Positions 7,796 through 15,711 of a stretch of 64,000 bases of DNA are shown in pieces. This stretch comes from Dehalococcoidia bacterium. Lineage in GTDB: Bacteria > Chloroflexota > Dehalococcoidia > Lucifugimonadales > UBA3495. The stretch's first letter is position 1; each line of letters opens with the position of its first letter. The translations under genes and the position numbers were made by a program. The stretch is taken from positions 612,809 to 676,808 of the forward strand of contig CBDBDS010000002.1 in the NCBI GenBank assembly GCA_965203985.1, in the 5' to 3' direction. A model generated the notes under the pieces. That model did no database searches and had not been told where the DNA came from. It worked only from the letters and a program-made list of their open reading frames with translations.

Positions 7796-8485
7796 TAGAA
7801 CCCCTAACAGAAAGAGGTCAAGCGTCGGAAGCAGATGATTGAGCAGCCCAGGGACAGGAAAGCTTCATGGATGTCGGCGCGGCGCTCGTAGCGCACCCGC
7901 AGCCGGCGGAACTGGTGCAGCCAACCCAGGGGCCGCTCGACCACCCAGCGATGCACTCCCAGCCCGCTGCCGTGTTCCGCGCCCCGTCCACCCAAATCTC
8001 CATATCAAGCAGGGGCAGCAACTGGATTACGCCGTGGCGATTGGCCCCGGTCAGGATGGCCGACCGCGGCGTTCCATTGGCTTCGGTGAGCACGTGATGC
8101 TTGCTTCCGGGCTTGCCCGGGTCCGTAGGATTGGGGCCGGTCTTTTTCCCCGCCGCCCACGGCCCGCACCGACGCGCTGTCCGCGCAAGCCCGCGATCAG
8201 TCCCGACCTTCTGCTCCGCGCAACCGGGACAATAGCGTTTCATGAAGCTTTGCCCACACTCCCGCCTGCTGCCAATCCCGCAACCGGCGCCAGCAGGTCA
8301 TGCCGGAACCGCATCCCATCTCCCGGGGCAGCATCTCCCAGTTCGTCGCTGGCCAAAGGTTCCGCCATCGAACACGACCTCCCACTTCCGTGTAATACTG
8401 TGCCAGCCCACCGCAACGGAATGAACTTGCCGAAAGATCAGCCGCCTGATTATGGATCAGCAAGCCATTTTGTTGGGGTTCTAAA
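7796..8485 (-). mobile_element. Internally deleted, frameshifted IS5-family insertion sequence
   Basis: Terminal inverted repeats: TTAGAACCCCTAACAGAAAG (7796-7815) versus the reverse complement of 8466-8485, TTTAGAACCCCAACAAAATG. The transposase is spread over three frames. These read '...WEMLPREMGCGSGMTCWRRLRDWQQAGVWAKLHETLL', then '...GKKTGPNPTDPGKPGSKHHVLTEANGTPRSAILTGANRHGVIQLLPLLD', then 'RGAEHGSGLGVHRWVVERPLGWLHQFRRLRVRYERRADIHEAFLSLGCSIICFRRL'. About 50 residues that normally lie between 'LLPLLD' and 'GTEHGSGLG' are absent. Confidence 0.75.
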
Positions 8486-8500
8486 CAGGAGAGTTTTCCC

Positions 8501-9004
8501 ATGGGAATCCTCAATTTGCTGGTAGCTCGTGGGGTCGATGCTACTGGCCTCCACGGCAGCGAGGAAGTCTTGGTCCGGGCCGCTCCGGAACAAGTTTATG
8601 AATTGCTGTGCGACGTGACGAAAATGGGAGAATGGAGCCCGGAGTGCTTTCGATGCGAATGGCTGGGTGATGCAGTCAGCGCGCGCCCGGGCGCGCGCTT
8701 CCGGGGACATAACCGACGAGGATGGATGAGGTGGTCTACCGAGTGTACGATAACCCATTACGAACCGTATGCAGTATTCGGATTCGAAACCAAGCCGCCC
8801 GTGGGTAAAGTGCAAAGCCGTTGGCGATTTGACCTTGAACCTGACGCGGATGGCACCATTCTGCGGGAATCGTTCGAAGTATTGTGGTACCCCCGTCCCG
8901 TGTTTGGCCTCGTTTTTGGCGGGCAGTCAAACCGACTTGCCCAGCTACGCGAGGGCGTGATCCAGACTCTGCTACGGATCAAACGCGCCGCCGAGGCGGC
9001 GTGA
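8501..9004 (+). CDS. SRPBCC (START/polyketide-cyclase-like) family protein
   Basis: 167 aa. 'APEQVYELLCDVTKMGEWSPEC...' is the typical SRPBCC opening. A CAGGAGAG RBS sits at 8487-8494. The IS right end lies 16 bp upstream of the ATG. Confidence 0.8.
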   Translation: MGILNLLVARGVDATGLHGSEEVLVRAAPEQVYELLCDVTKMGEWSPECFRCEWLGDAVSARPGARFRGHNRRGWMRWSTECTITHYEPYAVFGFETKPPVGKVQSRWRFDLEPDADGTILRESFEVLWYPRPVFGLVFGGQSNRLAQLREGVIQTLLRIKRAAEAA

Positions 9005-9173
9005 CCCCGCCATCCCGGGCGGTTCCCGACCGGTTGCGTCCGTTGCGTCCATGCACAAGACGCCAGGACTGCGGAGACGTCCCTGCTGTTCATCACGGAC
9101 GGTGCCGGGGCTCGGCCCGTTCACTTGACGGGAAAGCGCCTGACACCGTCCGACGATCACAAGAGCAGGTTTT

Positions 9174-11192
9174 TTACTTGATTCGAACAACCGCCGCGTG
9201 GATGTCGCTGAGGTTCCTGGTACCGGTCGCATCGGATATGAAGGTTCGGAACACGTGAGTCAGTTGGCCGGTTGATCCCCCGTCGCCCGAGAGCGTCACC
9301 AGCCCGAACCCGGGGCAACTGCCCAAGCCGGCGTGTTTCACGCTGACGGGCATTGGCCCCCGGAAGGCGACGAGAATCATCCGGCCATCGGGGGTAACCT
9401 CAGCGTGGTCGGGGGCAGGATCATCGTTGAACTGATATCCGGCATCGTCCTGATTGACAAAGGGCGCCGCCTCGCCGACACAGTGTCCTGAACCGGTGAG
9501 GTTGATGGTGCCTACATGCGCTACCGCCTGCTCCGCCAGGGTTGCGTCGGGGTCGTTGAGTATCTTGCCGACATCGAACACCTCTGCCTTGTTCTGTATG
9601 CGGTCAAACTGATACAGATACCGTGAGTTGGCCGACACAGCCAGCCCGTGGGCATCCCTGCGTCCCGCCAGTCCCGCCGCTTCGGTGATTCCCAGCGTCT
9701 TCTCTTCGTAGAACTTCACCACCGGCGGCGTGTTGGGCACGGTGTGTGGGTTCGCGCCATCCGGATAGTCCAGCGGCACACGGTACATGATGAACGTCGA
9801 GTCATCCGCTCCGGCGTCGCTGGCCGACACGCCCGCGTTCAGGTACATGGAGCCGCCGGCTTCCCTGCCGCCACATCCGGCAGCGCTGATGACGTCATTG
9901 GTATATTCCGCCACGATGGACATCGGCTCCGTCGTCATGTCCACCACGAACAGTCCGCCGCCGCCGAAGGTCACGTAGACGTGCTGGTTGTCGCTGCTGA
10001 TTGCGGGACAGACCACGACGTTGTTGGGGCGACCCGGCCCTTCCTTCAGCGCCCCGCTTGGCGTGGTCGTCGGCTGGAAGTTGGAGTACGCGCCGACCAC
10101 CCTGCCGCCGGGCAGGGTTGAATCGGCCCGCGCCTCCAGGGCGGTCAGGTCCCGTCCTCCCACCAGGTCCAGGGTGGCGGTCTTGTTGAACGTGAAGGTG
10201 TCGGTCTGGGCGTCGTAGTCTATGCGTTCCAACAGCTTTGCGGCGAGATTGGCCACAATCAGCTTGGTGCCGTCAGCGCTGAAGAACGCCATGTGATTCG
10301 AAGGAGCGGATCCTTCCGGGCCGGTGGTGCGGAAGAGCGCCTTGCCCAGCTTGGCGGCCGCTTCTGGACCGCCCTGGATCCGCTTGCATTCTCGGAGACC
10401 GTTTGCCGACCGTGTGCATTGGCCTTCCGCGTCAATTATCCCCACCATTCCAGCCTCCGGACCGAAGAAACTGGCAGCCAGATAGCGATGCGTCGACGGC
10501 TGCGGCATCATACCGTGAAGCCGTCTTACGTTAACCCCCAGTTCTTCAAAAGCCGACGGAAAGACGTCGGTGGCCTGGATTACGGTCGCCCCGTATACCG
10601 GGTGGTCTTCCGCATACGAACCTGGAGGCGCGGCCAGGAAGTCGCTGCTTTCGTAAATGAGGATTCGGCTGCCGTGGGTTCCGGTTGGATTGTCGGCGCT
10701 GATGTCGGCGCTGCTCGATTGGTCCCCCGCCCAGATTTCCCATCCTCCTTCTCCCTCTTCGCTCGCCGCCTCCGCTGTAAGTGTCAGCGCTTTCCAGGCA
10801 GACCATTCCGGCTCGCCGTACAAAGCGTTGTGGCTACCCACGGCAAACCAGTACTTGATTCCCGGGGAGAGACGGGTCACCGTCCAAGTGGGTTGACCCC
10901 GGTTGACGATGTTGGAGTAACGGACCTCTTTCAGCCATTCCCGGTTCGGCTCACCAAGCGCTCGCCGATAGTCCTCGTCGGCCATCCATCCAACGCGGTA
11001 ATACGTGGCGCCCTCCACCGCGTTCCAGGTCAGGTTGGCCTCGCCAGGCCCGCTTCCGTTGACCGCCCTCACGCTGGTGGGAAGGAGCGGGGGAGACTGT
11101 CCCCGCGCGATGTTGTCCACTCCGCCGACGACAATGAGCACCGCAACCATTACGGCAATACCAATGACCTTCAGCGACATGGGGAAACTCAT
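9174..11192 (-). CDS. Membrane-anchored/secreted protein: fibronectin type III domain + beta-propeller
   Basis: N-terminal hydrophobic anchor 'VIGIAVMVAVLIVVGG'. 'VRAVNGSGPGEANLTWNAVEGATYYRVGW' is FN3-like. The remaining ~500 aa is beta-rich with repeated 'G..Y.... D... v.V.D' blade-like segments. The exact family was not resolved. Confidence 0.7.
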   Translation of the reverse strand: MSFPMSLKVIGIAVMVAVLIVVGGVDNIARGQSPPLLPTSVRAVNGSGPGEANLTWNAVEGATYYRVGWMADEDYRRALGEPNREWLKEVRYSNIVNRGQPTWTVTRLSPGIKYWFAVGSHNALYGEPEWSAWKALTLTAEAASEEGEGGWEIWAGDQSSSADISADNPTGTHGSRILIYESSDFLAAPPGSYAEDHPVYGATVIQATDVFPSAFEELGVNVRRLHGMMPQPSTHRYLAASFFGPEAGMVGIIDAEGQCTRSANGLRECKRIQGGPEAAAKLGKALFRTTGPEGSAPSNHMAFFSADGTKLIVANLAAKLLERIDYDAQTDTFTFNKTATLDLVGGRDLTALEARADSTLPGGRVVGAYSNFQPTTTPSGALKEGPGRPNNVVVCPAISSDNQHVYVTFGGGGLFVVDMTTEPMSIVAEYTNDVISAAGCGGREAGGSMYLNAGVSASDAGADDSTFIMYRVPLDYPDGANPHTVPNTPPVVKFYEEKTLGITEAAGLAGRRDAHGLAVSANSRYLYQFDRIQNKAEVFDVGKILNDPDATLAEQAVAHVGTINLTGSGHCVGEAAPFVNQDDAGYQFNDDPAPDHAEVTPDGRMILVAFRGPMPVSVKHAGLGSCPGFGLVTLSGDGGSTGQLTHVFRTFISDATGTRNLSDIHAAVVRIK

Positions 11193-11493
11193 GGGAACCT
11201 CCTAGCGGCGTGCGGGTACGACTTCCTGCCACAGACGCCGTGGTTCCCAAAGACACGTTCCCCGCTAGAAGGCGCGTAAGGAACGTCGCCCCGGTAGTCA
11301 AGGAACGTGTGCGGACGGTTAATTCCGCATGACAGTGGAAAAACACCCACTGCGTCTGTGGCAAAGCGGAATATAGCCGAGGTTCCGGGAATTGGCAAGG
11401 AACGATGATAGGTTGCCAAGGCTATCGTATATGAAATTACAGCTCCGTTACTCCCACGAAAGCCGGAGCCCACAGGCCACATGGTGAAAGCGT

Positions 11494-11676
11494 GTGTTGA
11501 CCCATTCTCAACTGCTGCTGCAGGTTTGGGGGCACGACAGGCTCGGTGAACATTCGCTGGTTCGCAATGTCGTAAAGAGGCTCCGCGGCAAACTGGGAGA
11601 CGACGCGCAGAACCCCACATACATCTTCACTGAGCCGCGGGTCGGCTACCGGATGCCAATGGGCACAACAACCTGA
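11494..11676 (+). pseudogene. C-terminal fragment of an OmpR-type winged-helix response regulator
   Basis: 'LTHSQLLLQVWGHDRLGEHSLVRNVVKRLRGKLGDDAQNPTYIFTEPRVGYRM' matches the Trans_reg_C pattern. No receiver domain lies upstream. The upstream frame holds a TGA just before 'KRVLTHSQ'. Confidence 0.6.
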
Positions 11677-11819
11677 TTACGGGAGGGACCGCGTGCTTGA
11701 GTTCGTGTCGGGATCGCCCACGCTCGTGAAAAGTACCGCAATCCGCTCACGCAAACGATGGGCGTCAACGCCAGACCAGTAGGCACCCGCATCGCCATCA
11801 TTCGGCAAATCTGGTGGAA

Positions 11820-12011
11820 ATGGAAACCCAGCGCACCGCCGCCGGGTACGACAAGCCGCCGCCGACCTTCGTGGATGCCATCGCCCTGGTGCGTCGGCGC
11901 CTGTGACTGGTGTCAGAGGGTTTTTCACTGTCCGCAGTCAGCACTGATATGCAGGAACTCCCTGCCACCCTGTACCACCGAACGGTGGATTCCCTCCCCT
12001 ATGCCGCTTGA
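11820..12011 (+). pseudogene. C-terminal relic of the same DDE transposase family as feature 1
   Basis: 'ETQRTAAGYDKPPPTFVDAIALVRRRL[TGA]LVSEGFSLSAVSTDMQELPATLYHRTVDSLPYAA*' matches the family C-terminus ('..AWY.K..PTFSDA.A.VRR.LW....F..S.....IP..L...L...L.YAA'). The TGA at 11904-11906 sits where the family has Trp (TGG). Confidence 0.55.
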
Positions 12012-12304
12012 ATTGCGTAAAGTCCAGCTAAAGCCCGTCCCGGCGAAGCGCCGGCTGTGGGGCAAGCCGTACTGGGGTTGCCCGGCCGCATCCCATGCCG
12101 CGACGCCTCCGGCACTGCGCTCGCACTCGCCGAAACGTTGCATTCGCGGGACTGGTTCAACCGCCCGGTCCCGACCGAAACCACTGAACGAGTCTCCCCT
12201 TCCCCCCGCAGCACGGCGTTTCAAATTCCGCCGAAATCTAAGTTACCGTGCTTGCGGATTCAGGTCCTCGCCGCGACGACGCTGTTACCAGATTCCCGAA
12301 GCCA

Positions 12305-13621
12305 TCACGAAGGGTACTTGCCCAGCATCAGCCAGCCCCCGCTGCTGGGGGTGCTGAAGGCGCACAGCGCGGTCTCGGCCCGCACGGTTACCTGGCGGTC
12401 GCCGGCGGTGCCGCGGAGTTGCTCGATGCTGTCGGTGTACATGGCGGTGCGGGTGCGACCGTTGCCCAGGTTGCCGCCGCTGGAACTGAACGGATGCGGG
12501 CCCTTGACGGTGATGTCGCCAGCGTAGAAAGACAGGGCTTCGCCCCGCTTGACGCCGTGCCACTGGAAGCCCTCCAGGAAGAACTGGGTCATTATGGAGT
12601 AGCCGTCGTAAGGGTTGAAGATGTCCACGTCGGCGGGACCCAGGCCGGCGCCCTCATACATGCGGGCGGCCTGCCGGTCGGTCCACATCTCCACTTCGTC
12701 CAGGTCGGGCTGGGTTGTCCGGAACGCGAAGTTGTGCTGGGAATGGTTCAGCACGTACACCGGCTGGGATTTCATATCCTGCGCCCGCTCGGCGGTGGTG
12801 AACAGGTAGGCTGCCGAGGCGTTGACGGGACGGTCGCAGTCCCAGATGCGCAGAGGATTCAGGATTGGCCGGGAGCCGATGTAGTCTTCCACCGATATGG
12901 GCTGGATGTTGTGGGTGGCGTTGTACCCCCACGGGGTGAGCATCCCGTTCTTGTGCTGGTTGCGGACAAAGTGGACCAGGTCCTCATGTTCGCCGCCGTA
13001 CTTCATCAAATACTGCCGGTGGGGGAAGATGTTGATGAAATCGTTGCCGCCGTGGTTACCCCAGGGCACGGTCCACTGGCGGGCGCCCCGAGCGTAGTCG
13101 TCGGCATTCTCGCCGCCCCGCCGGTAGCGTCCTTCCATGTTGCCGGTGGGATAGATTACCAGGCAGGTGGAGCAAACTCCGTCGCCGACTGCTTGGGACG
13201 CCATGCCCACCATCTCGCCGATGGTCGGCACGCCGGTGGGGGCGAATTTGACGTTCTTGAAGCCCATGGTGTTGATGAGCCACTGGGCGTTGATCAGCGT
13301 CAGGCCGTACTCGGAGTCGTAGGGCGGATCAAAGTAGGGCCGCGGCGCCCATTGTGAGGCCGTCCCGCCGCTGCCGCCGGCGATGTGGCTGTCGCAGCAC
13401 ACGATGCCGTCCACCTCATCGATGGTGACGCCGGCCTGCTCCATCGCCTTTTCGCAGGCCATGATGGTGTACGCGCCCAGGGAGGTGGTCAGGTCCACGC
13501 CGTCCCACCGCCGGTCCACCGGCGAATGGCCGTAGCCGACGACCGCTACCTTGCCCCGGTGTTCCCACACGCCCAGGCCGTCCCGGTCCCTGCGCCATTG
13601 GAAGTCATTGCTGCTGGTCAT
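12305..13621 (-). CDS. Thiolase-like (SCP-x / DUF35-partner type) protein
   Basis: 438 aa. Thiolase-fold length and blocks ('VDGIVCCDSH', 'GGNLGNGRT' near the C-terminus). Partnered with the upstream DUF35 gene, a recurrent pairing. Confidence 0.8.
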   Translation of the reverse strand: MTSSNDFQWRRDRDGLGVWEHRGKVAVVGYGHSPVDRRWDGVDLTTSLGAYTIMACEKAMEQAGVTIDEVDGIVCCDSHIAGGSGGTASQWAPRPYFDPPYDSEYGLTLINAQWLINTMGFKNVKFAPTGVPTIGEMVGMASQAVGDGVCSTCLVIYPTGNMEGRYRRGGENADDYARGARQWTVPWGNHGGNDFINIFPHRQYLMKYGGEHEDLVHFVRNQHKNGMLTPWGYNATHNIQPISVEDYIGSRPILNPLRIWDCDRPVNASAAYLFTTAERAQDMKSQPVYVLNHSQHNFAFRTTQPDLDEVEMWTDRQAARMYEGAGLGPADVDIFNPYDGYSIMTQFFLEGFQWHGVKRGEALSFYAGDITVKGPHPFSSSGGNLGNGRTRTAMYTDSIEQLRGTAGDRQVTVRAETALCAFSTPSSGGWLMLGKYPS

Positions 13622-13650
13622 AGTCCGTCCTTTTTTCGCTTTTTGCGCAA

Positions 13651-13975
13651 CCTGTCATTGCGAGCGAAGCGTGGCAATCTCGACGCCGAAGGAAACGTCG
13701 CTCTCGCAACGGGATTGCCAGTTTTGTCAAAGACCTGTCATTGCGAGCGAAGCGCGGCAATCTCGGCGCCGAAGGAAACGTCGCTCTCGCAACGGGATTG
13801 CCAGTTTTGTCAAAGACCTGTCATTGCGAGCGAAGCGCGGCAATCTCGGCGCCGAAGGAGACATCGCTCCGGCAACGGGATTGCCAGATTTGTCAAAGAC
13901 CTGTCATTGCGAGCAAAGCGTGGCAATCTCAACGCCGAAGGAAACGTCACTCCTCGCCATGACAAACTGGGTACA
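13651..13975. repeat. 83-bp tandem repeat array (3 full units + 1 variant unit) built on the GTCATTGCGAGCG..GGCAATCTC core
   Basis: Unit starts are at 13651, 13734, 13817 and 13900 (spacing 83, 83, 83), and the units are nearly identical. All three forward frames stay open across it because 83 is not a multiple of 3. It lies between two co-oriented operon genes. Confidence 0.9.
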
Positions 13976-13981
13976 CGTGAG

Positions 13982-14392
13982 CTATTCCACCACCTTCCAT
14001 TCGTGTATCAATTGGCCGGGTGCCACCTCTTCGAAGGTAACCTCCACGGCCGCGCCTACCGGCACCTCGTAGGGCGGGGTGCCCGGCAGGTTGGAGTAGA
14101 AGTTCACGGTGGGGTCCTGATCCAGCGTCACTAAAGCAAGATTGTAGGGCTGATCCGCCATGCGACGGTTGAGCCGGCCGTCCTCGATGACGATGTAGGC
14201 GGCGATGTGGCCCTTGCCTTCCACCTCTTTCCACTCCACCCCATCCGCGGATTCGCAGACCCGGCAATCTACCCCGGGCGGGTACTGGAGCCTGTCGCAT
14301 CCGATACAGTTCTGGACTATCAGTCGCCGCTCGTTCACCGCATCCCAGAAGGGCTGGCTGAGTTCATCGGGCACGGGGATTATCTTCGGCAT
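13982..14392 (-). CDS. DUF35 Zn-ribbon + OB-fold protein (thiolase partner)
   Basis: 'SQPFWDAVNERRLIVQNCIGCDRLQYPPGVDCRVCES' carries the CxxC...CxxC ribbon and is followed by an OB-fold-length tail. 136 aa. Confidence 0.85.
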   Translation of the reverse strand: MPKIIPVPDELSQPFWDAVNERRLIVQNCIGCDRLQYPPGVDCRVCESADGVEWKEVEGKGHIAAYIVIEDGRLNRRMADQPYNLALVTLDQDPTVNFYSNLPGTPPYEVPVGAAVEVTFEEVAPGQLIHEWKVVE

Positions 14393-14605
14393 TCCTTACA
14401 CTCCAACAATTTCTTTTCAAACAACGCCATTACAGACCCGGGTCTGTGGGCGGCTGTGGCGCTTCCCGTCCTCGTGAAGGCTGGGGATCGGAATCGCCAA
14501 CCCAAATATAGGCTGAAACGCGGAACTGCGCGCCGGCCATTCTACCCATAAAACCGCGCTTCATCCACTTGGGACTGACCTCGCGCGTACTCAGTATTGC
14601 GCAAA

Positions 14606-14655
14606 CCTGTCATTGCGACCCCGCACTTGATGCGGGGGTGGCAATCTCGTCGCCC
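14606..14655. repeat. Interspersed repeat family A copy (variant with an internal hairpin)
   Basis: CCTGTCATTGCGA-[CCCCGCA CTTGA TGCGGGG]-TGGCAATCTCGTCGCC. Confidence 0.85.
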
Positions 14656-14723
14656 ACGCGCCAACCAACCCAATCCCGCCCAATCATAAAATCCCGCAAA
14701 TCCTGCTTCTGACGTTCCTCCGC

Positions 14724-14750
14724 CCATCCCGTCCATCCTGTCCATCCATG
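14724..14750. repeat. Interspersed repeat family C copy (CATGGATGSACAGGATGGAC type, reverse orientation)
   Basis: CCATCCCGTCCATCCTGTCCATCCATG. Related copies are at 50222-50240, 62710-62735 and 62897-62922. Confidence 0.8.
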
Positions 14751-14858
14751 TAAAAGACAAGTTGCGTGCGCGTGAGGTCCGGCCCGCCTTGACAACCCCA
14801 AGCCCCAAGTTACAATCGCCCGGAGGCCTCCTAGACACGATACCAAGGAGAAATTGCA

Positions 14859-15617
14859 ATGCCGTTCTACACCAGAGGCGATGTCACCATTCATTACGAA
14901 GAAAAGGGTTCCGGATTCCCGATCCTCTGCACACCCGGCGGCGGATTGAACTCCATCATGAGCGGTTGGCCCAGGCAGGTCATCAACGCGTTCGACGAGT
15001 TCAGCAACGAATTCCGATGCATCACCATGGACCAGCGCAACGCCCAGGGTGGCCAGTCCACCGGGCCGGTCCAGGTCGAGGACCCGTGGGGCGCGTTCGC
15101 CGACGACCAGCTGGGGCTGATGGACCACCTGGGCATCGACGAGTTCCTCTTCATCGGCTTCTGCATCGGCGGGCCGTTTGCGATGACGCTGATCAAGAAA
15201 GCGCCCAATCGCGTGCGTGCAGCCGTGCTTTGCCAACCCGTCGGCCATGCCGACGCGACGCCGGACGCCATGTACGACTCAGGGGTCGACGTCTGGGCTC
15301 CCGAGTTGACCGCTGGCCGGCCGGACATCTCAATGGATACTATCCAACAATACTTACACAACCTGTACCGAGTGCAGCCGGACTTCTTTTACAGCGTGGA
15401 CCGCGACTTCGCCCGCGCCTGCCAGACCCCGCTGCTGGTGATGCCGGACGACACCCCGTCCCATTCACTCCAGGCCGCCTTGGACATGGTGGCATTGGCG
15501 CCCAACGCCCAGACGACGGCGTGGCCCTGGAAGGAAGACCCGGACCTCAAAGCCACTACGATCGATCAGGTGCGCGGATTCTTCAGGGCCCATGCGCCGG
15601 TCGCTGCTGGCGTCTAG
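14859..15617 (+). CDS. Alpha/beta-fold hydrolase with Cys at the nucleophile elbow
   Basis: 252 aa. 'GSGFPILCTPGGG' is an oxyanion-region-like opening. The nucleophile elbow reads 'G-F-C-I-G-G' rather than G-x-S-x-G. Confidence 0.75.
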   Translation: MPFYTRGDVTIHYEEKGSGFPILCTPGGGLNSIMSGWPRQVINAFDEFSNEFRCITMDQRNAQGGQSTGPVQVEDPWGAFADDQLGLMDHLGIDEFLFIGFCIGGPFAMTLIKKAPNRVRAAVLCQPVGHADATPDAMYDSGVDVWAPELTAGRPDISMDTIQQYLHNLYRVQPDFFYSVDRDFARACQTPLLVMPDDTPSHSLQAALDMVALAPNAQTTAWPWKEDPDLKATTIDQVRGFFRAHAPVAAGV

Positions 15618-15649
15618 ACCCAGCGCTTACAGGCGACCGCAACACTCAG

Positions 15650-15679
15650 CCGCCCCGGTTGCGCAACCGGGGCGGTTTT
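15650..15679. terminator. Rho-independent terminator between convergent genes
   Basis: 11-bp perfect stem CCGCCCCGGTT / AACCGGGGCGG (15650-15660 / 15665-15675) followed by TTTT. Confidence 0.75.
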
Positions 15680-15711
15680 CTTGACCTGGTTCAGTCCCGC
15701 AGGTAAAGCCC

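Noticed and set aside
9170-9200. 'GTTCGAATC' (minus strand), resembling a tRNA T-arm
   Set aside because: It lies in the last codons of the FN3-propeller gene ('AAVVRIK*'), and no acceptor, D or anticodon arms can be built around it.
11904-11906. An in-frame TGA inside the transposase C-terminal relic, considered as a fourth Sec site
   Set aside because: The family has Trp (TGG) at this column ('VRR.LW'), not Cys, and the gene is only a ~60-codon fragment of a decayed element. A simple TGG-to-TGA nonsense mutation explains it.
1-12011. The idea that the two oppositely oriented transposase relics are halves of one gene split by an inversion of ~200-11800
   Set aside because: The left relic already contains its own copy of the C-terminal region ('WSERAIARTTPTLFGWFSLVT...TAWY') in another frame before the window edge. 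The right-hand relic therefore duplicates it rather than completing it. They are two separate decayed copies.
13651-13975. Regularly spaced repeats that could be mistaken for a CRISPR array
   Set aside because: The whole 83-bp unit repeats nearly identically, so there are no unique spacers between short repeats. No cas genes are nearby. The core motif is a dispersed family present at least five other places in the window.
13385-14134. The ORFs 13385-14134, 13551-14072 and 13741-13962 running through the repeat array (peptides such as CHCERSAAIS, SLRAKRGNL, VIASEARQS)
   Set aside because: They are translations of the tandem repeat in three frames (83 is not divisible by 3) and overlap the ends of real genes on the opposite strand. 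They are not credible coding regions.
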